From an uncultured SAR86 cluster bacterium (GTDB lineage: Bacteria; Pseudomonadota; Gammaproteobacteria; Magnimaribacterales; AG-339-G14): a DNA stretch of 64,000 bases. Both the position numbers and the translations under genes were made by a program. Shown here piece after piece: positions 47,940-55,720 of the stretch; position 1 is the first letter of the stretch; each line of letters begins with the position of its first letter. The notes beneath the pieces are model-generated. The model searched no databases and was not told where the DNA came from. It saw only the letters and a list, made by a program, of their open reading frames with translations. The stretch is taken from positions 5,372 to 69,371 of the forward strand of contig CACEVU010000001.1 in NCBI GenBank assembly GCA_902563105.1, read 5' to 3'.

Positions 47940-48959
47940 ATGCCTAACTCTAGGTTTCAAAATGCATTAAATCGGATTCCTCAGGAAATTCCGCCAATTT
48001 GGTTTATGCGCCAAGCAGGTAGATATCACGATCATTATCAAGCTTTAAAAAAATCTCACTCCTTTGTTGAGCTTTGCAAGAAGCCAACTTTGTCTGCCCA
48101 AACCGCTCTAGGGCCTATTGAAGAATTTGATTTCGATGTTGCCATTTTATTTAGTGACATTCTCTTTCCACTAGAATCTTTAGGAATGGATTTGATTTAT
48201 GATCCAGGTCCAATATTTAAACAACCCTTATCAGAAGGGAATGCCTCAAAGATTCTAACCAATACAAATCCTATTTCTTCTTTGGAATTCCAAGGGGAGG
48301 CAATAGAAAGAACCATAGAACTTCTTCCAGAAGATAAGTCTATGATCGGATTTATTGGAGGACCCTGGACTTTGTTATCTTTTGCCACTGCAAAAAATAA
48401 AATAGGTAAATCAGAAAAATTAGAAAACTACCAATGGGCAATTTTAGATGAGTATATCTTTCCACTTTTACAAAAAAATATTTCTATGCAGTTGAATGCA
48501 GGAGCCGAATTGGTAATGATTTTTGATTCCTGTGCTCACCAGCTTCAAAATGATGACTTATCAATATACTTGAATAAAATTTTAAATGAATTGGTTAAGT
48601 CCTTTCCAAATCAAATTGGCTACTATGCAAAGGACGGTGTTTCTTATGATGAAATTTTTTCTGCAACTGATAATTCTGAAGTTCCTTTTGCTGGAGTTGG
48701 GGTGGATTCAAATGTCAGCATTCAAGATGTTTTCTCAAAAAGGAAAGCTGGATTCATTCAAGGAAATTTCAGCGAAAAGGCAATCACACAGGATTTCGCT
48801 GAATTTGATAAGGCATTAAATTTATTTTTAGAAGATATGAATTCTCTTACGATAGAAGATAGAAAAGGTTGGGTATGCGGATTAGGCCATGGCGTAATCA
48901 AGACTACACCTCAAGAAAATGTCAAACATTTTGTAAACAAAGTAAGGTCTTATTTATGA
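47940..48959 (+). CDS. hemE: Uroporphyrinogen decarboxylase
   Basis: 339 aa. Motifs PPIWFMRQAGRY, AILFSDIL and GFIGGPWTL are present. Confidence 0.88.
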   Translation: MPNSRFQNALNRIPQEIPPIWFMRQAGRYHDHYQALKKSHSFVELCKKPTLSAQTALGPIEEFDFDVAILFSDILFPLESLGMDLIYDPGPIFKQPLSEGNASKILTNTNPISSLEFQGEAIERTIELLPEDKSMIGFIGGPWTLLSFATAKNKIGKSEKLENYQWAILDEYIFPLLQKNISMQLNAGAELVMIFDSCAHQLQNDDLSIYLNKILNELVKSFPNQIGYYAKDGVSYDEIFSATDNSEVPFAGVGVDSNVSIQDVFSKRKAGFIQGNFSEKAITQDFAEFDKALNLFLEDMNSLTIEDRKGWVCGLGHGVIKTTPQENVKHFVNKVRSYL

Positions 48960-49972
48960 GTTTTTTAGGCGAAGAGAATTTTTCCCACGAAGACCAACAA
49001 AAGATTGGAGTGATTATTTGCAATCTTGGTTCGCCTGATAGCTATTCCACAAAAGATGTAAGAAAGTATCTCAGAGAGTTTTTATCAGATACGAGAGTTA
49101 TTGAAGTCCCGAAAATAATCTGGTGGTTAGTACTCAACTTATTTATTTTGCCTTTTAGACCAAGAAAATCTGCAGCTCTTTATAAATCGGTATGGCTTCA
49201 AGAAGGTTCCCCCTTGCTTGTTTATTCAAAGAGATTTTTAAATAAAATAAAGAATCTGAATGCAAATTCCGAAACTATAGAGTTTGAGCTGGCCATGCGT
49301 TATGGAAATCCAAGTCTTGAAAAAGCTTTATTGAGTTTAAAGGAGAAAAATTGTCGTAAAATTTTACTCTTGCCATTGTTCCCTCAATATTCTGCTGTAA
49401 CTGCGGCTACTATTTTCGATAAGGTAAGTTCTATACTTTCAAGATGGCGATGGGTACCGAGTTTGCATTTTGTTAGCGGCTACCATGACAATTCCGAGTA
49501 CATTCAATCATTAGCTAAAACTATTCAAACCCATGAATTTTATGGAAAACAGGACAAGGTAGTTTTTTCTTATCACGGTATTCCAAAAAAATATTTTGAA
49601 GAGGGAGATCCTTATCACTGCTTTTGTCAAAAGACTTCTCGTCTGGTTGCAGAAGCCCTAGGGCTTGAAGAAAGTCAATATATTACAAGTTTTCAATCAA
49701 GATTAGCAGCAGCTGGAAGAGAGTGGTTAAAACCGTATACAAGTGAACTCATGAAAAAGTTACCAAAAGAAGGAATAAAGAAAATCTTAATTTTATCGCC
49801 AGGATTTAGCATGGATTGTTTAGAAACCATAGAAGAAATCGATGAAGAAAATAAAGAAATATTCTTGGATTCTGGAGGTGAGGCTTTCCATTACATAGCT
49901 TGCTTAAATGATAACAACGAGCATGTTGAGGCCATCAATAATTTAATTACAAATAAAATATCCCAATTATGA
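48956..49972 (+). CDS. hemH: Ferrochelatase
   Basis: Starting at MSFLGEE...KIGVIICNLGSPDS (ATGA overlap with the hemE stop) gives 338 aa. Motifs LREFLSD.RVIE, MRYGNPS, LPLFPQYSAVT, FSYHGIP and the C-terminal E-rich region are present. The track's longer N-terminus (48869) overlaps hemE and is rejected. Confidence 0.88.
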   Translation: MSFLGEENFSHEDQQKIGVIICNLGSPDSYSTKDVRKYLREFLSDTRVIEVPKIIWWLVLNLFILPFRPRKSAALYKSVWLQEGSPLLVYSKRFLNKIKNLNANSETIEFELAMRYGNPSLEKALLSLKEKNCRKILLLPLFPQYSAVTAATIFDKVSSILSRWRWVPSLHFVSGYHDNSEYIQSLAKTIQTHEFYGKQDKVVFSYHGIPKKYFEEGDPYHCFCQKTSRLVAEALGLEESQYITSFQSRLAAAGREWLKPYTSELMKKLPKEGIKKILILSPGFSMDCLETIEEIDEENKEIFLDSGGEAFHYIACLNDNNEHVEAINNLITNKISQL

Positions 49973-50787
49973 CCAGCAGTTTAGATGAAAAAAAAGATTT
50001 AGCGTCCCAGTGGTTTAGATCTTTGAGAGACCAATTTTGTAATGCTTTTGAAGAATTAGATGGCGGAAAGTTTGAGAGAAAAAAATGGAATCATAAAGGT
50101 TCTGGCGGTGGTGAAATAAGTATTCTAAAGGGCAAGGTGTTTGAAAAGGTTGGGGTGAACATTTCAACTGTTGCAGGTGAATTTTCTGATGATTTCAAAT
50201 CTCAAATTAAAGGAACTGAAAAATCTGCAGAGTATTGGGCATCCGGGATTAGTTTGGTTGCTCACATGCAATCGCCAAAGGTACCGGCTTTTCATTTCAA
50301 TACAAGATTTTTAGCTACTGGTGAAAATTGGTTTGGAGGTGGAACAGATATGACTCCATCAATTCCAGATGACACAGAAACAAAATTTTTTCATGCCAAA
50401 TTAAAAGAAGCATGTGACAAATCAGACGATAACTATTACTCAGATTTTAAAAAAAATTGTGATGAATACTTTTATCTTGCTCACCGAGATGAACCCAGAG
50501 GAGTTGGTGGCATTTTTTTTGATCATTTGAATACCGGAAACTGGGAAGACGACTTCGATTTTGTTAAAGAGCTTGGTTCAACTACTCTCAATATTATTAA
50601 AGAAACCGTAACTAGCAAAAAAGACCTAGATTGGACTGAAGAAGAAAAAGAACAACAACTTATTAAAAGAGGACGCTACGTAGAATTCAATTTAATTTGG
50701 GATAGAGGTACTTTGTTTGGTTTAAAAACAGGAGGATCTACAGATGCTATCTTGATGTCTATGCCTCCCTCTGCCAAATGGAAGTAA
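49969..50787 (+). CDS. hemF: Oxygen-dependent coproporphyrinogen III oxidase
   Basis: 272 aa. Motifs WNHKGSGGGEISILKGKVFEKVGVN, SLVAHMQSPKVPAFHFNTRF, WFGGGTDMTP, HRDEPRGVGGIFFD, GRYVEFNL and DRGT.FGL are present. An ATGA overlap links it to hemH. Confidence 0.9.
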   Translation: MTSSLDEKKDLASQWFRSLRDQFCNAFEELDGGKFERKKWNHKGSGGGEISILKGKVFEKVGVNISTVAGEFSDDFKSQIKGTEKSAEYWASGISLVAHMQSPKVPAFHFNTRFLATGENWFGGGTDMTPSIPDDTETKFFHAKLKEACDKSDDNYYSDFKKNCDEYFYLAHRDEPRGVGGIFFDHLNTGNWEDDFDFVKELGSTTLNIIKETVTSKKDLDWTEEEKEQQLIKRGRYVEFNLIWDRGTLFGLKTGGSTDAILMSMPPSAKWK

Positions 50788-50788
50788 C

Positions 50789-51307
50789 ATGAAAAATACC
50801 CTTATCGTTTATTCTTCGATAGATGGCCACACCAAAAAAATTTCTGCCAAGATTGCTGAATATCTGAGTGAAGCAGTAAATGTTGACTTGGTCTCTTTAT
50901 CAGAAGCAAAGACGTTAAGTTTAAAAAATTATCAACAAATCATAATTGGAGCCAGTATAAGGTATGGAAATTATCGTAAAGATCTATTTGAATTCATAGA
51001 AAAGAATCTTGAAGATCTCAACAAAAAAGAAAATGCATTTTTTAGTGTTAACGTGGTTGCTAGAAAAAGTGAGAAGAATAGAGCTGAATCCAATCCATAT
51101 GTAAGTAAGTTCTTGCAAGTTACAAAATGGAAACCAAAAAATATAGATGTATTTGCTGGGGTAGTAGATTATCCAGTCTATAATTTTTTTGATAAATTCA
51201 TGATTAGGTTAATAATGTGGATCACTAGTGGGCCAACAGATACAAAAGTTCGTTTCGAATTTACAGATTGGGATAGGGTAAAAAAATTTGCAGAAGATTT
51301 GATTTAA
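50789..51307 (+). CDS. hemG: Protoporphyrinogen IX dehydrogenase, flavodoxin-like (HemG type)
   Basis: 172 aa. It is colinear by eye with E. coli HemG: [21 protein letters not shown] vs [31 protein letters not shown] vs FYSVNLVARK, and DKFMIRLIM vs DRFMIKLIM. Confidence 0.88.
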   Translation: [172 protein letters not shown]

Positions 51308-51329
51308 TTCAATTCAATTCAATTCAATT
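51306..51329. repeat. AATTC pentanucleotide microsatellite (about 4.8 copies) between convergent stop codons
   Basis: AATTCAATTCAATTCAATTCAATT read directly from the sequence. It begins at the last two bases (AA, 51306-51307) of the hemG TAA stop (51305-51307) and includes the TGA stop (complement of 51324-51326) of the minus-strand gene. Confidence 0.9.
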
Positions 51330-52406
51330 AACTCTATAAGAATCAATTGAGCTATTAATTTTTTTGATTTGGCTTGTATCTCCTTTTTTATACTCATCTG
51401 CCATAGCAAATAACTTTGCGAATAAACTCAAACCATCCTTTTCTTTTGCTAATTCAAGCGTTTTTGACTCACTCAAAAGATTTGTCCAGTAATCTCTTAC
51501 TTTTACCCAAAACTCGGAAGTTGCTTGCCAATAATCTTTTCCTGCTGACCAATCGTGTCCCTTGATTCTTTCATACCTAGCAAGGCCAATTTCCTTTGCC
51601 AAAACTTCAAGTATTTGTGAATTTTCGTCGAGTACTACTTTTTTATTATTTTGTTCATGAACCCAGCCACTTGGAGTTATGGTTTTAAGATTCGAACCAA
51701 TTAAAACATCATAATCATCTCTTATAGAAAATTCTCTTCTAGGAAGTGGTCGCCAAGTTTCATTACCTCTCCAGGATGAAAGATTTTTTTGATGATCCCA
51801 AATCCCAAAACTTTGATAACGAGGCGAATCATCGACCTGATATACAGACTGAGACCAAGAACCTCTCACTGCAAAAGAGCCATATCTTTTTTTTGCCCAT
51901 TTATTAAAGCCTTTGTATTCATTTAGGCTTTTATCTTCGTATTTCCAGTCTTGACGCCAATGCTTTACAACCATTGGCTCTGATAGTGAACCGTCTTCCA
52001 TCTCAGAGAAAATTACTAAGATATGTTGCAAGCTAATAAAATCTCTTTTATCTTCAACAAGAGTCACAAATTCTGTTGCCCAAGATTGGTAAGGTATGCT
52101 CGGGCTATAGTCTTCTGTGAAACCCATGGTTTCCATGAAATCAAAGTAAACTCTGTATTCTCCCAACATCGCCAGAATAGCTCTTCTATCTTTTTCAAAA
52201 TTGGAAATACCTTTTTCTTGGAGTTTTTCCCAGTTTTGACTCGGAGTGAGGTCAAGAGAAACTGAAGGACCTATTGATGAACCTCCTCTAGGAGTTTTGA
52301 GTTTTTCTTCTTTTAATTGTGACCAGCCAAATACATAATTTTTGTCTGCGAACGACAAAGAAGAAAATATAAAAAATATGAGTATGAAAGTTTTTAAAAA
52401 CTTCAT
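51324..52406 (-). CDS. Secreted Trp-rich protein of unknown function, Fur-box controlled
   Basis: It has the signal peptide MKFLKTFILIFFIFSSLSFA. I recognise no family motif. Distinctive strings are HWRQDWKYED, GSWSQSVYQVDDSPRYQSFGIWDH and WRGNETWRPLPRREF. The track ORF starts 5 codons earlier at 52421, so the start is ambiguous. Confidence 0.7.
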   Translation of the reverse strand: MKFLKTFILIFFIFSSLSFADKNYVFGWSQLKEEKLKTPRGGSSIGPSVSLDLTPSQNWEKLQEKGISNFEKDRRAILAMLGEYRVYFDFMETMGFTEDYSPSIPYQSWATEFVTLVEDKRDFISLQHILVIFSEMEDGSLSEPMVVKHWRQDWKYEDKSLNEYKGFNKWAKKRYGSFAVRGSWSQSVYQVDDSPRYQSFGIWDHQKNLSSWRGNETWRPLPRREFSIRDDYDVLIGSNLKTITPSGWVHEQNNKKVVLDENSQILEVLAKEIGLARYERIKGHDWSAGKDYWQATSEFWVKVRDYWTNLLSESKTLELAKEKDGLSLFAKLFAMADEYKKGDTSQIKKINSSIDSYRVN

Positions 52407-52428
52407 GAATCTAGATTCCATTTGTTAA

Positions 52429-52456
52429 ATGATAATGATTATCATTTAAGTTTCAA
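52429..52456 (-). promoter_or_regulatory. Promoter (TTGAAA-16 nt-TATCAT on the minus strand) overlapped by a Fur box (52431-52449)
   Basis: The minus strand reads TTGAAActtaaatgataatcatTATCAT. TTAAATGATAATCATTATC matches the Fur consensus at 16/19 positions. The 22-mer TAAATGATAATCATTATCATTT (52427-52448, minus strand) is identical to 41676-41697. Confidence 0.75.
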
Positions 52457-52486
52457 TAGTACTTTTAATCTAGTAGGAAAAATAAA

Positions 52487-53620
52487 TTAAAGCTCAGTGG
52501 CAAGCTCAATAAATTTATTTTTTAGAAAAGTTAGTTTATTCGTAAGACTAAAGGCATGATTTCTAATGAGTCTTATCCAGATATTTTTTTGCTCGAAACC
52601 TCTTTTGAAAGCTTCCATAGCGGCTGCTAAGGCCAAATTAATTGGAATTCTTTGTTGGTTGTATTTATCTTCAATTTGTTTAACTTGAAGCAAACTTTCA
52701 GGAGTAATTAAATCTGAAAGAGATTTCACATCGCCGATTCCTGCGTTTAATCCCAATCCTGCTAAGGGATGAATATGATGTGCAGCATCTCCAACAAGAA
52801 AAACATTATCTCTGGCAAAAGTTTTTGCAGAAAGGTGTTTCAAGGGAAATGACTGTCTTTTGGCTGAGAATTTTATTTTTGGAAGCTTCTCTCCGAATGA
52901 TTGATGAATTTCTTTTATAAAGTCGTCCTCATTCATTCCCAAGAAATCATAGGCCTTGGTATCGTCGATGGACCATATCATTGTAAGCTCAGTCTCACTC
53001 ATTGGCAGTAATGCCAGCGGTCCCACCGAGGTGAAAGTTTGTCTAATACATGGGTCTGTTCGGGGGACAGAAAAGTTGGCAACAATTGCTGTCTGATTGT
53101 AACTCCAACTTCTTGAAGAAATCGAAGAAAGGTTCCTCACACTTGATTGAATGCCATCTGCACCTATTAAAATTTTTGTTTCCAATTTTCCCTTTGATGT
53201 TTTGCAATGAATATCTCCGTTTATTTTTTCTATTTTTTCTAAATTACAACTCCACAAAAGATCTTTTGAATCGGAAACGAGAGATAACAGAGAATTTTGA
53301 ATTTCTCCCTCTTTGATTATGAAGCCAATATTAGGAATATTTTTTTTCAATTCGTTAACATTGAAATCTATAAACCCAGTACCTTCTTGATCCCAAACCT
53401 TTATCTGATTGTATTCAAAGGCAGTTTTACTAATATCGCTCCATGCATCCATCTCTTTGAGAAAGATCATACTTTTGTTGTTTAACGACAGATGTCTATA
53501 GCTATTGGGTGCTTTATCCCTTCCATCAATTAGACCGACATTTATATTTTTTTTCTTTAATGCAAGAAAGAGAAGGGTACCAGTTACGCCTGCACCAACA
53601 ATGAGGACATCAAATTTCAT
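52487..53620 (-). CDS. ubiH: FAD-dependent ubiquinone-biosynthesis hydroxylase (UbiH/UbiF/VisC family)
   Basis: 377 aa. Motifs DVLIVGAGVTG (FAD GxGxxG) and GDAAHHIHPLAGLGLNAGIGDV are present. It lies directly downstream of pepP, like ubiH in E. coli and Pseudomonas. Confidence 0.75.
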   Translation of the reverse strand: MKFDVLIVGAGVTGTLLFLALKKKNINVGLIDGRDKAPNSYRHLSLNNKSMIFLKEMDAWSDISKTAFEYNQIKVWDQEGTGFIDFNVNELKKNIPNIGFIIKEGEIQNSLLSLVSDSKDLLWSCNLEKIEKINGDIHCKTSKGKLETKILIGADGIQSSVRNLSSISSRSWSYNQTAIVANFSVPRTDPCIRQTFTSVGPLALLPMSETELTMIWSIDDTKAYDFLGMNEDDFIKEIHQSFGEKLPKIKFSAKRQSFPLKHLSAKTFARDNVFLVGDAAHHIHPLAGLGLNAGIGDVKSLSDLITPESLLQVKQIEDKYNQQRIPINLALAAAMEAFKRGFEQKNIWIRLIRNHAFSLTNKLTFLKNKFIELATEL

Positions 53621-54900
53621 TAACTCGCCATCAGATGTTGAATATCATCAAGCTCTTTAATGGCTGAACTTAGAACTTTGGGCTGATTGTTTTCAACTAA
53701 GACATCGTCTTCGATTCTTATTCCAATTCCTTTAAATTTTTCAGGTACGTTTTCTTCTTTGCTGATGTATATCCCAGGCTCGATAGTGGTGATCATTCCA
53801 TTTTCGTAAGACCTTACCTTGCCATCTTTTTCATAGCCACCGACATCGTGCACATCTAGGCCTAACCAATGACCGACGCGGTGCATGTAGAACTTCGAAT
53901 AGGCTTGAGTCTCAATGACTTCTTCTTTAGAGCCCTTTAACAAACCTAAATTTAGAAGTCCTTCAACAATAACTTCTAAAGATTTTTTATGCGTCTCAAG
54001 AGGATTGGATTTTTTTGAAATGCTTTCAATTGATTGCTTTTGAGATTCCAAAACGATCTCGTAGATAAGTTTCTGTTCTGAGGAAAATTTCCCATTAACA
54101 GGAAAAGTTCTAGTGATATCGCTCGCGTAGCCCTTATATTCGCAACCTGCATCGACTAGAACCAAATCACCGTCCTTTAGCAAATCTGTGTTCTTGCTGT
54201 AATGCAGAATGCATGCATTTTCTCCTCCTCCCACGATAGAAGGATAGGCACACTCCTTTGCTCCATTGACCATAAATTCATGCAGATATTCTGCTTCAAG
54301 TTGATATTCGTACATATCTGGTTTTACAGCTTTCATTGCTCTTTCATGAGCCGAAGACGAGATATCACATGCTTTTTGAATAATACTGATTTCTTCTTTA
54401 GATTTTAAAAGTCTTAATTCGTGTATTAAAGAATCAACACTCTTAATTTTTTTTGGATTTAAATCAAAGTTGACCTTTGTACCTTTTAGCCCTTTGGTTA
54501 ATGCAAAGAATAATTTTTTTTGACTTTTGTTTTGACAAAATAAATGATCTGCACCTTCGAGAAATTCAGTAGTTTTTAAAATAAGATCATCTATTTTAAA
54601 ACCGCTTTCAAAACCCAGTTGGGTCACATTTTCAGGACCCAATCGAGGTCCCTCCCATTTTTCTTTTATTTCGTCTTTTTCAGCACAAAGCAGATGAAAT
54701 TTTGTTTTGCCTTTTTTTTCAATAATCAAAGCTGCATGGGCTTCGTTGAAATTAGTCAAATATAAAAAATCGCTATCTTGTCTGAAAGAGTAGTCAGTAT
54801 CACCATTTCTTATCTTTTGATTGGCAGAATGAATGACTGTGATAGAGCCGTCCGGTAAGAGATCTGCTAATTTTTTTCGTCTTTCTAGAAAAATATCCAT
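53620..54900 (-). CDS. pepP: Xaa-Pro aminopeptidase
   Basis: 426 aa. M24B motifs LVLVDAGCEYKGYASDITRT, HRVGHWLGLDVHDVG, TIEPGIY and GIRIEDDV are present. Confidence 0.9.
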   Translation of the reverse strand: MDIFLERRKKLADLLPDGSITVIHSANQKIRNGDTDYSFRQDSDFLYLTNFNEAHAALIIEKKGKTKFHLLCAEKDEIKEKWEGPRLGPENVTQLGFESGFKIDDLILKTTEFLEGADHLFCQNKSQKKLFFALTKGLKGTKVNFDLNPKKIKSVDSLIHELRLLKSKEEISIIQKACDISSSAHERAMKAVKPDMYEYQLEAEYLHEFMVNGAKECAYPSIVGGGENACILHYSKNTDLLKDGDLVLVDAGCEYKGYASDITRTFPVNGKFSSEQKLIYEIVLESQKQSIESISKKSNPLETHKKSLEVIVEGLLNLGLLKGSKEEVIETQAYSKFYMHRVGHWLGLDVHDVGGYEKDGKVRSYENGMITTIEPGIYISKEENVPEKFKGIGIRIEDDVLVENNQPKVLSSAIKELDDIQHLMAS

Positions 54901-54967
54901 TTGCAGATTTTACTTCAATATAAAGTCTTTATAGAAACGTTATTGATATAAGAATAAAATAATAATT

Positions 54968-55156
54968 GTGTCGCAAAAAGAAATTGAAAAAAATTTAAAA
55001 GAACTTTTAGAGCTTTCAAAAAAACTTAGAGAGGCAAATAAGGACTTACGGAATAAAAATTTAAGACTTAAAAAAGAGAATAATCAACTAAAAGATAATA
55101 TAGAATTATCGAGAGAAAAATTAAAAACACTAATTTCAAAATTAGAAGCTTTATGA
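54968..55156 (+). CDS. Small coiled-coil protein preceding zapA (ZapB-like / TIGR02449-type)
   Basis: 62 aa with a GTG start. The whole sequence has a heptad-like K/E/L-rich composition. An ATGA overlap links it to the zapA start, as for the small conserved gene upstream of zapA in Pseudomonas. Confidence 0.55.
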   Translation: MSQKEIEKNLKELLELSKKLREANKDLRNKNLRLKKENNQLKDNIELSREKLKTLISKLEAL

Positions 55157-55521
55157 GTGAAGATAGCCAAGACATTGTTACCATTAAAATAGCCGGTATT
55201 GAGTATCAACTTTATTGTCCGCAAGAAGAACAATCATCGTTGATAGAGGCAGGCGAGATACTAGATAAAAGGATCAAATCTATCAAGCGTAAAACAAGAA
55301 ATTTGCCAATTGAAAAAGTAGCTGTATTAGCCGGTCTCGATGTTGTAAATGAATTCCTTTCAAATGAAAGCACTTCCGTTTCTAATTCTAACGATACATC
55401 CACTGATAAAAATGATAAAAAAATATCTGCAGATACTTCTGATGAAAAAACAGATTCTTCTGAAGAAGAAAATTTAAGCTTGAAATTAGTTGATGAAATT
55501 TCAGAATTATCTAAGCTTTAA
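55153..55521 (+). CDS. zapA: Cell division protein ZapA
   Basis: 122 aa. VTIKIAGIEYQLYCPQEEQSSLIEAGEILDKRIKSIK and VAVLAGLDVVNEF are present. It is followed by 6S RNA and ygfA, as in E. coli. Confidence 0.8.
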   Translation: MSEDSQDIVTIKIAGIEYQLYCPQEEQSSLIEAGEILDKRIKSIKRKTRNLPIEKVAVLAGLDVVNEFLSNESTSVSNSNDTSTDKNDKKISADTSDEKTDSSEEENLSLKLVDEISELSKL

Positions 55522-55526
55522 AAAGT

Positions 55527-55535
55527 TGCTATAAT
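55527..55535 (+). promoter_or_regulatory. Extended -10 promoter element (TGCTATAAT) for the 6S RNA
   Basis: TGnTATAAT read directly from the sequence. It predicts a transcription start near 55541-55543. This matches the 5' end inferred by aligning the conserved GAGCCGAT motif with E. coli 6S RNA. Confidence 0.55.
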
Positions 55536-55540
55536 TTCTA

Positions 55541-55713
55541 GGCTTCCTGGCTTATTTGCTAGTTATATAACACTTCGAGCCGATGCAAAATAAACAGGGA
55601 ATTTGATACTTATCTTGTTGAGCGCCCTTAGGGCAGCCTGATAGATGGTGATTCTTCCCGACCTGAACTTTACGGTTCGGGTTTTATTTAACAGCGATAA
55701 CTTGGGAAGCTCT
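55541..55713 (+). ncRNA. ssrS: 6S RNA (SsrS); the ends are approximate (+/- 10 nt)
   Basis: It lies in the conserved zapA-ssrS-ygfA position. The GAGCCGAT motif at 55577 is 36 nt from the predicted 5' end, as in E. coli. The 5' GGCTTCC pairs with the 3' GGAAGCT to close a long imperfect helix. A 3' segment CGGTTCGGGTTTTATTTAACAGCG resembles E. coli GGGUUCAAGGGUUACAGCC. The length of about 175 nt fits. Confidence 0.8.
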
Positions 55714-55720
55714 CTTAAAT

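Noticed and set aside
48869-48955. Longer N-terminal versions of several track ORFs: hemH from 48869, apaH from 3394, S51 peptidase from 31282, secreted protein from 30552, and hemC from TTG 45394.
   Set aside because: The extensions overlap the upstream gene by tens of nucleotides and add residues not found in homologues. Internal starts give canonical N-termini (signal peptides or conserved first motifs) and short ATGA-type junctions.
51306-51329. AATTC microsatellite as a phase-variation switch.
   Set aside because: It lies essentially between two convergent stop codons. Copy-number change would not shift either reading frame, apart from loss of the terminal unit. It is recorded as a repeat only.
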